A stretch of DNA of 64,000 bases from an uncultured Acidobacteriaceae bacterium (GTDB taxonomy: Bacteria; Acidobacteriota; Terriglobia; Bryobacterales; Bryobacteraceae), in the NCBI GenBank assembly GCA_963730775.1, contig CAVSTI010000029.1:583265-647264 (forward strand), written 5' to 3'. The first letter of the stretch is position 1. Every line of letters starts with the position of its first letter. A model generated the notes under the pieces. That model worked only from the letters and a program-made list of their open reading frames with translations. It was not told where the DNA came from and made no database searches. The translations under genes were made by a program, and so were the position numbers. This document shows, one piece after another, positions 32,107 through 40,195 of this stretch.

Positions 32107-33397
32107 TTACGCCGCTGGAATCGAGCCCTGCTTGATAATCTTGGCCATCACATTCGTAAATGTGTCGACCTCTTCGAGCGTTGTATAGACATTCGGAGTG
32201 ATGCGAAGGCCCTGGTATTCGCCAGGAGTGACGATTGCTACTGTCCAGATGCGGTACTTGTCCCAGAGATGCGCAGACAGCTTGCGGGCATCGAAGCCAT
32301 CCACGCTGATGAAGCCGATCCCGCAGGATTGCTCCGGATCGTCGCTGTTCAGGATCTTCACGCCCGGACAGATGCCGCAACGGATCGGACCAGCGTCGGC
32401 GCAGGTAGCGGAGCCGCTCGGCCTTGCGCTCAAGCCCGATACTCTCGCTAAAGTTCAAGGCTTCGGTAATCGCATTCCGCTGGGAGGCAGGATGCGTGCC
32501 GATCTCTTCAAACTTGCGGATGTTTCCGCTCATCTCGGGTGGCGCCGCCATCATGGGCCAGATAGTCGGAATCTTGTTACGGCGAACGTACAGGAAACCG
32601 GTGCCGATCGGCGCCAGAACCCACTTGTGCAGCGAGGTGCCGTAGTAATCGCAATCCAGATCCTCATGCTTGATCGGGAACTGACCGAAGGCGTGTGCGC
32701 CATCCACCACCACCTCAATCCCGCGAGAACGAGCCATTTGACAGATCTTTTTTACCGGAAAGATCTGCCCGGTGCGGTTCGTGATGTGGCATATATGGAT
32801 CACCTTTGTCTTCGGCGTGATGTTCTCCTCAATACGGGCCGCGAGGTAGTCGAGGCTCGGCGGCGGCACAGGGAACGAGATTTGCTTTAAGACAATCCCG
32901 TCACGCCGTTCGCGCTGCTGCCAGGTGGTGATCATGCGCGGGTAGTCCTGGTTCGTTGTCAATACTTCGTCGCCGCGTTTCAGTTCCATGCCGAGTTGCA
33001 CAATCTCAAGCGCCTCGCTCGCGTTGCGTGTAATTGCAATCTCCTCCGGGTCGCAGCCGAAGGATTCCGCCAGACGCCGCCGCACCGTTTCCACGCCGGG
33101 ATCGAGAACGTTCCACATGTAATAAGACGGGCTCAGATTCTCTACTTCGAGGTAGCGGGTCTCCGTGTCCATGACAATCTTAGGAGCCGGCGAAACACCG
33201 CCGTTATTAAGGTTGATCATGTTGCGGTCTACGGTGAACGCGTGGCGAACATTGAACCAGAAGTCTTCATCGCGAGCAACTGAATCGGCGGGACGGCCGA
33301 ATGATCCCGACGCCGCAGACTGGGCACGCAGAACGGCATCAGCCTGAAACGCGGCCGTGATACCCGCGGCGGCAGAAAAGAATTGGCGGCGATCCAT
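32107..33397 (-). CDS. Class V PLP-dependent aminotransferase / cysteine-desulfurase-like (isopenicillin-N-epimerase-like) with Tat-type leader; one frameshift near 32367
   Basis: The leader is MDRRQFFSAAAGITAAFQADAVLRAQS. The PLP-lysine context is YYGTSLHKWVLAPIGTGFLYV. After ...RLRYLRRRWSDPLRHL the homologous end PGVKILNSDDPEQSCGIGFISVDG...EEVDTFTNVMAKII lies in ORF 32107-32433. Confidence 0.8.
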
Positions 33398-33578
33398 CCA
33401 GCGAGATTACGGACAAAAGACCCGGCGTGTCAACCGGGCTCTGTTGAGCAGCAGTGTTAGTGATCCAGATTTCGCAGGCTTCCAGATAGCTCGCCGCCAA
33501 ATCCGCTCTGATCCCTCCGAGTGCGCCTTCGCGGGGCGAGGCTTGTATCATCAACATTCACCCCCAAAAGGAGACAAA

Positions 33579-34238
33579 GTGGGTCTACGTATCAACGATG
33601 AGGCGCCGAATTTCACGGCCGAAACGACACAGGGTTCGATCAACTTTCATGAATGGATGGGCGATGGTTGGGCTATCCTGTTTTCTCATCCGAAAGATTT
33701 CACCCCCGTTTGCACGACCGAACTTGGCTACATGGCCAGGCTGAAGGATGAATTTGCAAAACGTAACTGCAAAGTAATCGGACTTAGTGTGGACCCGGTC
33801 ACGAATCACGGCAAATGGGCCGCGGACATTGAAGAGACACAGGGCCACAAAGTGGATTTCCCGATGATCGGTGACACCGAACTGAAAGTTGCGAAATTGT
33901 ACGACATGCTGCCGGCCGAAGCGGGAGATACGTGCGAGGGTCGCACCGCGGCAAATAACGCCACGGTACGTACGGTGTTCGTCATCGGCCCTGACAAAAA
34001 GATAAAGCTTATGCTCGCTTATCCCATGAGCACCGGTCGCAACTTCGACGAGGTATTGCGAGTTGTCGATTCCATGCAATTGACTGCGAAGCACAAGGTC
34101 GCCACGCCAGTCAATTGGAAGGAGGGTGAAGACGTAATCATTCTTCCTGTCGTGACGGACGAAGAGGCCAAACAGAAATATCCGGACGGGTGGAAAGCAC
34201 CCAAGCCCTATCTGCGCATCGTGCCGCAGCCGCGCTAG
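33579..34238 (+). CDS. 1-Cys peroxiredoxin (Prx6-type)
   Basis: The GTG at 33579 is preceded by AAAGGAG. The peptide LRINDEAPNFTAETTQGSINFHEWMGDGWAILFSHPKDFTPVCTTELG contains the PVCTTE peroxidatic-Cys motif. Confidence 0.9.
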   Translation: MGLRINDEAPNFTAETTQGSINFHEWMGDGWAILFSHPKDFTPVCTTELGYMARLKDEFAKRNCKVIGLSVDPVTNHGKWAADIEETQGHKVDFPMIGDTELKVAKLYDMLPAEAGDTCEGRTAANNATVRTVFVIGPDKKIKLMLAYPMSTGRNFDEVLRVVDSMQLTAKHKVATPVNWKEGEDVIILPVVTDEEAKQKYPDGWKAPKPYLRIVPQPR

Positions 34239-34318
34239 CGTTTCCGGATTCCCTGGATCTATAAACACTTTCGAGTTCGCCGTGGTCCGAGGTCCGTCCT
34301 CTTGCGCTAGACTCGGCC

Positions 34319-35502
34319 ATGGCAATTCGAGTGAGCCTGCGTACAGTACTCTGTGTTTCCGCTGCACTCACGGCAGCTCCAGGCTATTTATCGGCCCAGA
34401 CCACGAACGAAGCGCAAGATAAGTATCAATGGCTCGAGGACGTCAACGGCGAGCGCTCGATGGCTTGGGTAAGAGCCGAAAATCAGCATTCCGGGAAGGC
34501 ATTCGCGAGCGATCCGGTTTCAGGGACCTGCAAGCAAAGGCGCTTAAGGTGCTGGAATCACCGCAGCGCCTGCCAACGCCCCAACTCAACGGTAGCGACG
34601 TTCTCAACCTCTGGCAAGATGCTCAACATGTGGAAGGAATCCTCCGCCGCACGACGGTGAACGATTATCTGACCGCATCACCGCATTGGCAAACATTGCT
34701 GGATTACGATGCCCTGTCCAAGCAGGATGGCCAGAAGTGGGTGGCACATGGAGCCGCCTGCCTCTACCCGGGCAATACCGTCTGCATGATGGCGCTTTCG
34801 TCCGGCGGCGAAGATGCGGTCACCATGCGCGAGTTCAACATGCAAACCGGCAAATTCGTCGGGAACGGCTTCGTCCTACCTCGATCAAAGCAGTCGGTTT
34901 CCTGGTTGGACAAAGACACGCTGCTGGTGCTGCGAGATTGGGGAGCCGGCACCATGACCACATCCGGGTATCCGTTCGTCGTTAAAATCTGGAAACGCGG
35001 CCAGCCGCTCGAACAAGCGAAAGAAATCTATCGAGCGTCAAGGACGGATGAGGGCGCCACAACGGCTGTACTCAATGACGGGGATCGTAACCAGCTCACT
35101 TACATAAAGCGCAACAGGAACTTCTTCGAATCGGAGTATTCGATTTGGATGGGAGATCACTTAAGCCCGCTCGCGCTTCCTGCTAAATCCGACATCAATG
35201 GTCTGTTGAAGGGATATATTGTCGCGACAATCGACGAGGATTGGGCTCCAACCGGTATGCCCGACGCGAAGATCCACAAAGGTTCCGTTGTGGCTCTCAA
35301 TCTCGCGGAAACAAAAAGAGATCCTCGCCATCTGCGGCCCGGTGTTATCTTTTCGCCCAGCTCGACGGAGTTTGCGGAGGACGTTGAGCTCACCAGAAGC
35401 CACTTGCTGTTGACTACGCTGCAGAACGTGCAAGGCCGCGCCTATCGCTTAGCACCGGCTCCGGATGGAACATGGTCGCCGGTTCCGGTAATGCGTCGCT
35501 GA
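34319..35502 (+). pseudogene. Prolyl oligopeptidase (S9A) N-terminal/beta-propeller part only; frameshift near 34490 and 3' truncation at about 35478
   Basis: A signal peptide is followed by KYQWLEDVNGERSMAWVRAENQHS, the classic POP N-terminus. The propeller-like text continues in ORF 34429-35502 up to ...APAPDGTWS. No alpha/beta-hydrolase catalytic domain follows; the transposase fragment begins there on the other strand. Confidence 0.7.
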
Positions 35503-35960
35503 CGCTTGCTGAGGTGCATGTTGCGAGCTTTACCGCCGATGAATGTCTCGTCCGCTTCGACTTCGCCTGAGAGCTTCTCGAATGTTCCAGTTTGGATCGC
35601 AAGTCGGATGCGGTGCATCATGAACCACGCTGTCTTTTGCGTGACCTTCAATGCTCGTGCGGTCTCGCAGGAACTAACGCCGTTCTTGCAGGTAATGATG
35701 AGCCAAGTTGCCGGAAGCCATTTGTCCAGACCGATAGGTGAATCTTCGAAGATCGTTCCGACTTTGATGCTGAACTGCTTCGCGCATCCCTTACACTTCC
35801 AAACGCGGCGAGTTGCCAGAAAGTACGGATCAGGGGTCGAGCACCTCGGGCACACCGTTTTGCCGTCCGGCCAGCGAAGCATCGCAAGGAAGTTGAGCGA
35901 GTTGTCACGATCCTCGAAATATCGGATCGCTTCAATTAAGGAATCGGGCAACTCGTTCAT
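35442..35960 (-). mobile_element. IS1595-family (ISXO2-like) transposase gene, 5' fragment only (about 160 of ~300 aa)
   Basis: The Zn-ribbon CPRCSTPDPYFLATRRVWKCKGCAKQFS, an HTH-like region and the start of the DDE domain GEVEADETFIGGKARNMH are present. Recognisable text stops around ...RRITGTG (about 35478), so the rest of the DDE domain is absent. Confidence 0.75.
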
Positions 35961-36093
35961 GTCTCAAGCATGGCCGAAGTCACTTGGTGAGTCAACTATA
36001 TAGTTGCCCTACTTTGCCCGCCGGCGAAGACGTAGGTCCACGATGGGCAAGCAGATTTACCAGCGACACCGCGAGAAGGTTCAGGGACGGCCC

Positions 36094-36963
36094 TCAGCCG
36101 AAGAAAGCGGACAAATTCTTGTAGCTGACGGCTAGACTGTCAAGCGGATCGCCGCTCGTCTGATCCTGTTCCACAAAATAGTGTTCGACACCTTCCGCTT
36201 CAGCAGCCTTGACCACAGCAGCGATGTCAATCGACCCGTTCCCAATCTCCTTGAACGTGTCTTTCGGCACTTTCTCGTTGTACTGAACTTGCCTGAAATC
36301 CTTGGATTTGTCCTTCAGGTGTAGAAGCGGTATGCGGCCGGAGTAGCGCTTCAACACGTCCACAGGATTGTTCCCGCCTACGGACGCCCAAAAGATATCC
36401 AGTTCTAGCCCGACCAGGTTCTTGTCTGTGGCGCTCATCAGCATTTCAAGCCCGGTGGTTCCGTTGAAGTTCTGATACTCGAACGCGTGATTGTGATAGC
36501 AAAGCCGCATTCCGTTCGCTTTGGCCTTTTCGCCGAACTTGTTCAGCTTTTCGGCCAGAGACTTGAACATCTCCGGGCCGCCTCGGTGTTCGGGCGCGAT
36601 GTAGGGAACAACAGCGAATTTAAACCCTAAACTCTTGGATTTCGCCAAGGCCTCGTCCAACTTGCTGCCGCCCTCCATAAAGATGCCCTCATCGATATGG
36701 ACGCTGACGAGCCGGAGCTTCGTGTCCTTTACCACCGGCGAGATGATCGCAAGCGTAGCGTACGTGGCCTCGATCTCCTTGTAGCCGATTTCCTGAATTC
36801 GCCGCAGGACACCGCTCGGATCCTTTCCGATCGTGTTGCGAACCGTGTACAGTTGAACGCCCAGATTATTGGCGCTGAAACGTTCGCGGGCCAACAACGC
36901 TGACGCGAAGGGAATGGAGACCAGGGATTGACCAATGAACCGGCGGCGAGTGACGAAAGCCAT
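36094..36963 (-). CDS. Sugar phosphate isomerase/epimerase (xylose-isomerase-like TIM barrel) with Tat-type leader
   Basis: The leader is MAFVTRRRFIGQSLVSIPFASALLA. The segments LCYHNHAFEY, GLELDIFW and HYFVEQD are typical of AP-endonuclease-2/xylose-isomerase-like TIM barrels. Confidence 0.8.
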   Translation of the reverse strand: MAFVTRRRFIGQSLVSIPFASALLARERFSANNLGVQLYTVRNTIGKDPSGVLRRIQEIGYKEIEATYATLAIISPVVKDTKLRLVSVHIDEGIFMEGGSKLDEALAKSKSLGFKFAVVPYIAPEHRGGPEMFKSLAEKLNKFGEKAKANGMRLCYHNHAFEYQNFNGTTGLEMLMSATDKNLVGLELDIFWASVGGNNPVDVLKRYSGRIPLLHLKDKSKDFRQVQYNEKVPKDTFKEIGNGSIDIAAVVKAAEAEGVEHYFVEQDQTSGDPLDSLAVSYKNLSAFFG

Positions 36964-36988
36964 GCCTATATCCTATTTGAGTCGCGAT

Positions 36989-37858
36989 TCAGGCGAGGGG
37001 TAGCTGTGCCGCCCCGGCCGCAAACTCACGCAGCTCGGGGTAATGCTTGACCAGTTCCTCTGGAGCGGCTTGCGGCTTTCCACGCAGGATGCTGGATATT
37101 TCGACAGCATTCACGACAGCCTTCCCCAGGTAGTGATTGTTGGTGATCACATACGTGTCTTCAGCCTGCTCAGCAATCTGTTTGCTTCTTGCGATCCAGG
37201 GCTCCAGCTCATCCACCGAATACAGGTGATCGTAGCGTTCCCGCACGTCCGCCGTTTTGGAGAACCAGCTCTTGTAATTGCGCCCATGGAGCCGCACGTA
37301 CCCGACGGCCGCCGTAACCAGTGCCGAGGGCCGTACCGATCGCTTGAATAGCGGCTGGTCGATATTGCAGATTGCGACGTCGAGTTCAGTCAGCAGGTCC
37401 AGAACCTCGTCCTCCATCCAGCTGCTATGCCGGACTTCAAGCACCAGTGGAAACTCCCGGAACTGCCGCCGCAGATCGACAAGGTATTGCCGGTGTTCCG
37501 CGTCATTCTTGAACGACCATGGGAATTGGGCCAGCAGTGCTCCCAACCGGTTTGCTTCCGCTAGCGCGGCGATACCATCCTTGAACTCTTTTTCGTCCAG
37601 CGGTGCGGGCTTCCGTTCATGGGTGAACGCGTGGAACAACTTAGCCGTGAAGCGAAATCTGTCGTTACGGGAAACGCTCTCCACCCACTTTTTCGCGGCC
37701 GTCGGTCGCGGAGCGCCGTAGAACGAAGAGTTGATCTCAACAGTGTCGAAGAATTCGGCAATGTAGCCGAGCTCATCGAAGCCGCGACGTTTCTCGTTCG
37801 GGTAAACAACACCGCGCCAATCTTTGTACGACCACCCAGCAGGCCCAATCCGAATCAC
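36989..37858 (-). CDS. DUF72 (YecE/UPF0759) family protein
   Basis: MIRIGPAGWSYKDWRGVVYP...FDTVEINSSFY...LAQFPWSF...GYVRLHGRN is the DUF72 signature pattern. Confidence 0.85.
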   Translation of the reverse strand: MIRIGPAGWSYKDWRGVVYPNEKRRGFDELGYIAEFFDTVEINSSFYGAPRPTAAKKWVESVSRNDRFRFTAKLFHAFTHERKPAPLDEKEFKDGIAALAEANRLGALLAQFPWSFKNDAEHRQYLVDLRRQFREFPLVLEVRHSSWMEDEVLDLLTELDVAICNIDQPLFKRSVRPSALVTAAVGYVRLHGRNYKSWFSKTADVRERYDHLYSVDELEPWIARSKQIAEQAEDTYVITNNHYLGKAVVNAVEISSILRGKPQAAPEELVKHYPELREFAAGAAQLPLA

Positions 37859-37879
37859 CCCTCCAGTGTAAGAATCCTG

Positions 37880-37908
37880 TTGACAGCGGCCCGAACCGGT
37901 GCTATTTT
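37880..37908 (+). promoter_or_regulatory. Sigma70-like promoter candidate for blaI-blaR1: TTGACA-17 nt-TATTTT
   Basis: TTGACA lies at 37880-37885 and TATTTT at 37903-37908, with a 17-nt spacer. The pair sits about 10 nt upstream of the first possible blaI start codon. Confidence 0.4.
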
Positions 37909-37909
37909 T

Positions 37910-37924
37910 TTAGCATCTTGCTAA
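37910..37924. promoter_or_regulatory. Inverted repeat TTAGCA-TCT-TGCTAA, candidate BlaI operator
   Basis: A 6-3-6 perfect inverted repeat lies immediately downstream of the -10-like hexamer. It overlaps the TTG start at 37918. Confidence 0.35.
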
Positions 37925-38304
37925 ATGCACAGCATAAGTTGAGCCGCCGCGAACGCCAGATTATGGACGTTCTCTATCGTCGTGGAAGATCAACGGTTGC
38001 CGAGATCCTGGAGGAACTACCAGACCCGCCCGGGTACTCGGCTGTTCGCGCCATGTTGCGAGTGCTCGAAGAGAAGAAGCAGATCCGCCATGAAGAGAAG
38101 GACCTCCGCTATGTTTATCTGCCCGTGGTTCCACGCGATAAGGCCCGGCGGTCGGCGGTCGCGCATCTTCTCGAGACTTTCTTCGACGGCTCGGCGGAAC
38201 AGGCCGTGGCAACGCTCCTGAATGTATCCGCGCGTGATTTGACGGAAGAGGATTTCGACCGGCTCAGCAAATTGATTGAACAAGCTCGCAAGGAGGGTCG
38301 CTGA
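37918..38304 (+). CDS. BlaI/MecI/CopY-family transcriptional repressor
   Basis: LSRRERQIMDVLYRRGRSTVAEILEELPDPPGYSAVRAMLRVLEEKKQIRHE is the winged-helix penicillinase-repressor pattern. The start could be the TTG at 37939. The gene overlaps the next gene by 1 nt. Confidence 0.85.
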   Translation: MLNAQHKLSRRERQIMDVLYRRGRSTVAEILEELPDPPGYSAVRAMLRVLEEKKQIRHEEKDLRYVYLPVVPRDKARRSAVAHLLETFFDGSAEQAVATLLNVSARDLTEEDFDRLSKLIEQARKEGR

Positions 38305-39932
38305 TGAGCTGGAGCTTTTTCGACGAGGCTTTTCTGCGCTCGCTCGCGGTGCTCTTGGCCGGCGATCTGCTTCTTCGAGTAAGCAGCCGGCAGACACCTG
38401 TGTTTCGTCACCGTTTGCTCGTCGGAGTTTTCGTATCTCTTGCCGCGCTCCCGGTCCTGTGCGTCTTGCTACCTTCGATCGCCATTCCTCTTTGGCATGC
38501 GGCGCCCGTCGTAACCTCCACCGTCGCGGTTGCTGAGAGTTCTTCGCGTGTTCTGACGAAACAGATCCCTCACCAGATCGCATGGCCGGCATTGCTTTGG
38601 CTTCTCGGATTTGTCGTTACTCTTGCGTCGGGCTTTGTCGGTGCATTTCGCGTGTTTCGAATCACTCGCTCCGCCCGCGCATTCCGCGCCGAAACGCTGA
38701 CGGCGACTCTCGAACGCCTTGGGAGCGAAGTATCTGTACCGCCGGTTTTGCTTTCGGACCAGATCGTTGTTCCACTCGCGTGCAATGTATTTCGACCGTG
38801 CATTTTGCTACCCGGCGGAGCAGCGAATTGGACTGCCGCTCGTCTGCACGCGGTTCTGGCTCACGAACTCAGCCACATCCGGCGTCGTGACATCGGGATT
38901 CAGGTATTCGCGCATGTCGTCTGTGCCGTGTGGTGGTTCCAACCGCTGGTCTGGCTTTTCCGATCACGATTACGGCGCGAAAGCGAGATGGCGTGCGATG
39001 CAGAGGCGCTGAGAAGCGACCTCAAGCCGTCCGTCTATGCGAGTGAATTGCTCGCCATAGCCAAGTCGCTCGGCAAACATGAGCGTTTGTCCAGCTTGGC
39101 AATCGGCATGGCGCGTCCAAAACATCTCGAAGCTCGTATCCGGGCCGTACTCACGCCTTCCATCACGGCGTCGAGCACCTACCGGCAGCTATCAACCGCC
39201 GCCTTGCTGGTGATGTTTGCGGCCGCATCATCGGCGTTCAACGTAAGTTCCGCAAATCATGTAAGCAAGCAAGGAGAATCAACCATGAAGAACACACTGC
39301 TGTCCGCCTTAGTCACTTCCGTGGGCTTGTCGGCCGCCACCATCACCGGTTCTGTCAACGGCATCACGGGCGAACCGATTCCCGATGCGAAAGTACTTGT
39401 CTCCAATCCCGATACCGGAGCGAAGCAGGAGCTGACGACAACTTCAGACGGCACGTTCAGCATTGCGGGCGCTGGTGCCGGACAGTACATTCTGCGCGTA
39501 GAGAAGCCCGGATTCAACTCCGCGTTCAGAGTGTTCGACGTCAAAGCCGATTCCAACATCAACCGGCAGATCACGATGGTAGCGCCAGGAACCCAGCCCG
39601 CTCCGGACACCGTCAAGGATTCAGAGAAACCCGAAAGCAACCCGCTTCGAGTGAAAGGCACAGTGGCACAGGCCAACCTCGTTACCAAGGTGCCGCCTCA
39701 ATATCCGCCAGATGCCAAACTTGCACGGGTCCAAGGCACGGTAGAACTGGAGGTCACGATCACAAAAGATGGCGTGCCCAACGAACTCCGGGTCGTTTCT
39801 TCACCCAGCGACGATTTATCCGAATCTGCGATCGAAGCAGTCCGCCAATGGCGTTATCGTCCGACACTCCTCAACGGAGTTCCCGTCGAAATCGTCTCGT
39901 CGGTGATTGTCAACTATACTTTACTTCGTTAA
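38304..39932 (+). CDS. BlaR1-like M56 peptidase sensor fused to a carboxypeptidase-regulatory-like domain and a TonB C-terminal domain
   Basis: Multi-TM N-terminus with the zinc motif LAHELSHIRRRD (HExxH). This is followed by ITGSVNGITGEPIPDAKVLVSNPDTGAKQELTTTSDGTFSIAG. The C-terminus is VPPQYPPDAKLARVQGTVELEVTITKDGVPNELRVVSS...AIEAVRQWRYRPTLLNGVPVE (TonB_C). Confidence 0.8.
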   Translation: MSWSFFDEAFLRSLAVLLAGDLLLRVSSRQTPVFRHRLLVGVFVSLAALPVLCVLLPSIAIPLWHAAPVVTSTVAVAESSSRVLTKQIPHQIAWPALLWLLGFVVTLASGFVGAFRVFRITRSARAFRAETLTATLERLGSEVSVPPVLLSDQIVVPLACNVFRPCILLPGGAANWTAARLHAVLAHELSHIRRRDIGIQVFAHVVCAVWWFQPLVWLFRSRLRRESEMACDAEALRSDLKPSVYASELLAIAKSLGKHERLSSLAIGMARPKHLEARIRAVLTPSITASSTYRQLSTAALLVMFAAASSAFNVSSANHVSKQGESTMKNTLLSALVTSVGLSAATITGSVNGITGEPIPDAKVLVSNPDTGAKQELTTTSDGTFSIAGAGAGQYILRVEKPGFNSAFRVFDVKADSNINRQITMVAPGTQPAPDTVKDSEKPESNPLRVKGTVAQANLVTKVPPQYPPDAKLARVQGTVELEVTITKDGVPNELRVVSSPSDDLSESAIEAVRQWRYRPTLLNGVPVEIVSSVIVNYTLLR

Positions 39933-40192
39933 GTTTATCGAACCCAACACCGCGAAAGCGTACTGCACCGGCGAAGCCGGAACCGAGCGTTCCCGAAGAG
40001 CTGGCGCTCGCTCTCGCGAAGAACAAGAAAGCGGCACAGTCATTCGAGAATTTCAGCAACAGTCATCGCCGCGAATACATCGAGTGGATCACGGAAGCAA
40101 AGCGAGAGGAAACACGGCAGAAGCGCATCGCCACGGCTCTCGAATGGCTCGCTGAAGGCAAGCCTCGTAATTGGAAATACATGAACTGCTGA
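39848..40192 (+). CDS. YdeI/OmpD-associated-family C-terminal-domain protein (start uncertain)
   Basis: ELALALAKNKKAAQSFENFSNSHRREYIEWITEAKREETRQKRIATALEWLAEGK matches the YdeI-type C-terminal domain. The only canonical in-frame start is the ATG at 39848, 85 nt inside blaR1. Confidence 0.5.
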   Translation: MALSSDTPQRSSRRNRLVGDCQLYFTSLSLSNPTPRKRTAPAKPEPSVPEELALALAKNKKAAQSFENFSNSHRREYIEWITEAKREETRQKRIATALEWLAEGKPRNWKYMNC

Positions 40193-40195
40193 GGA

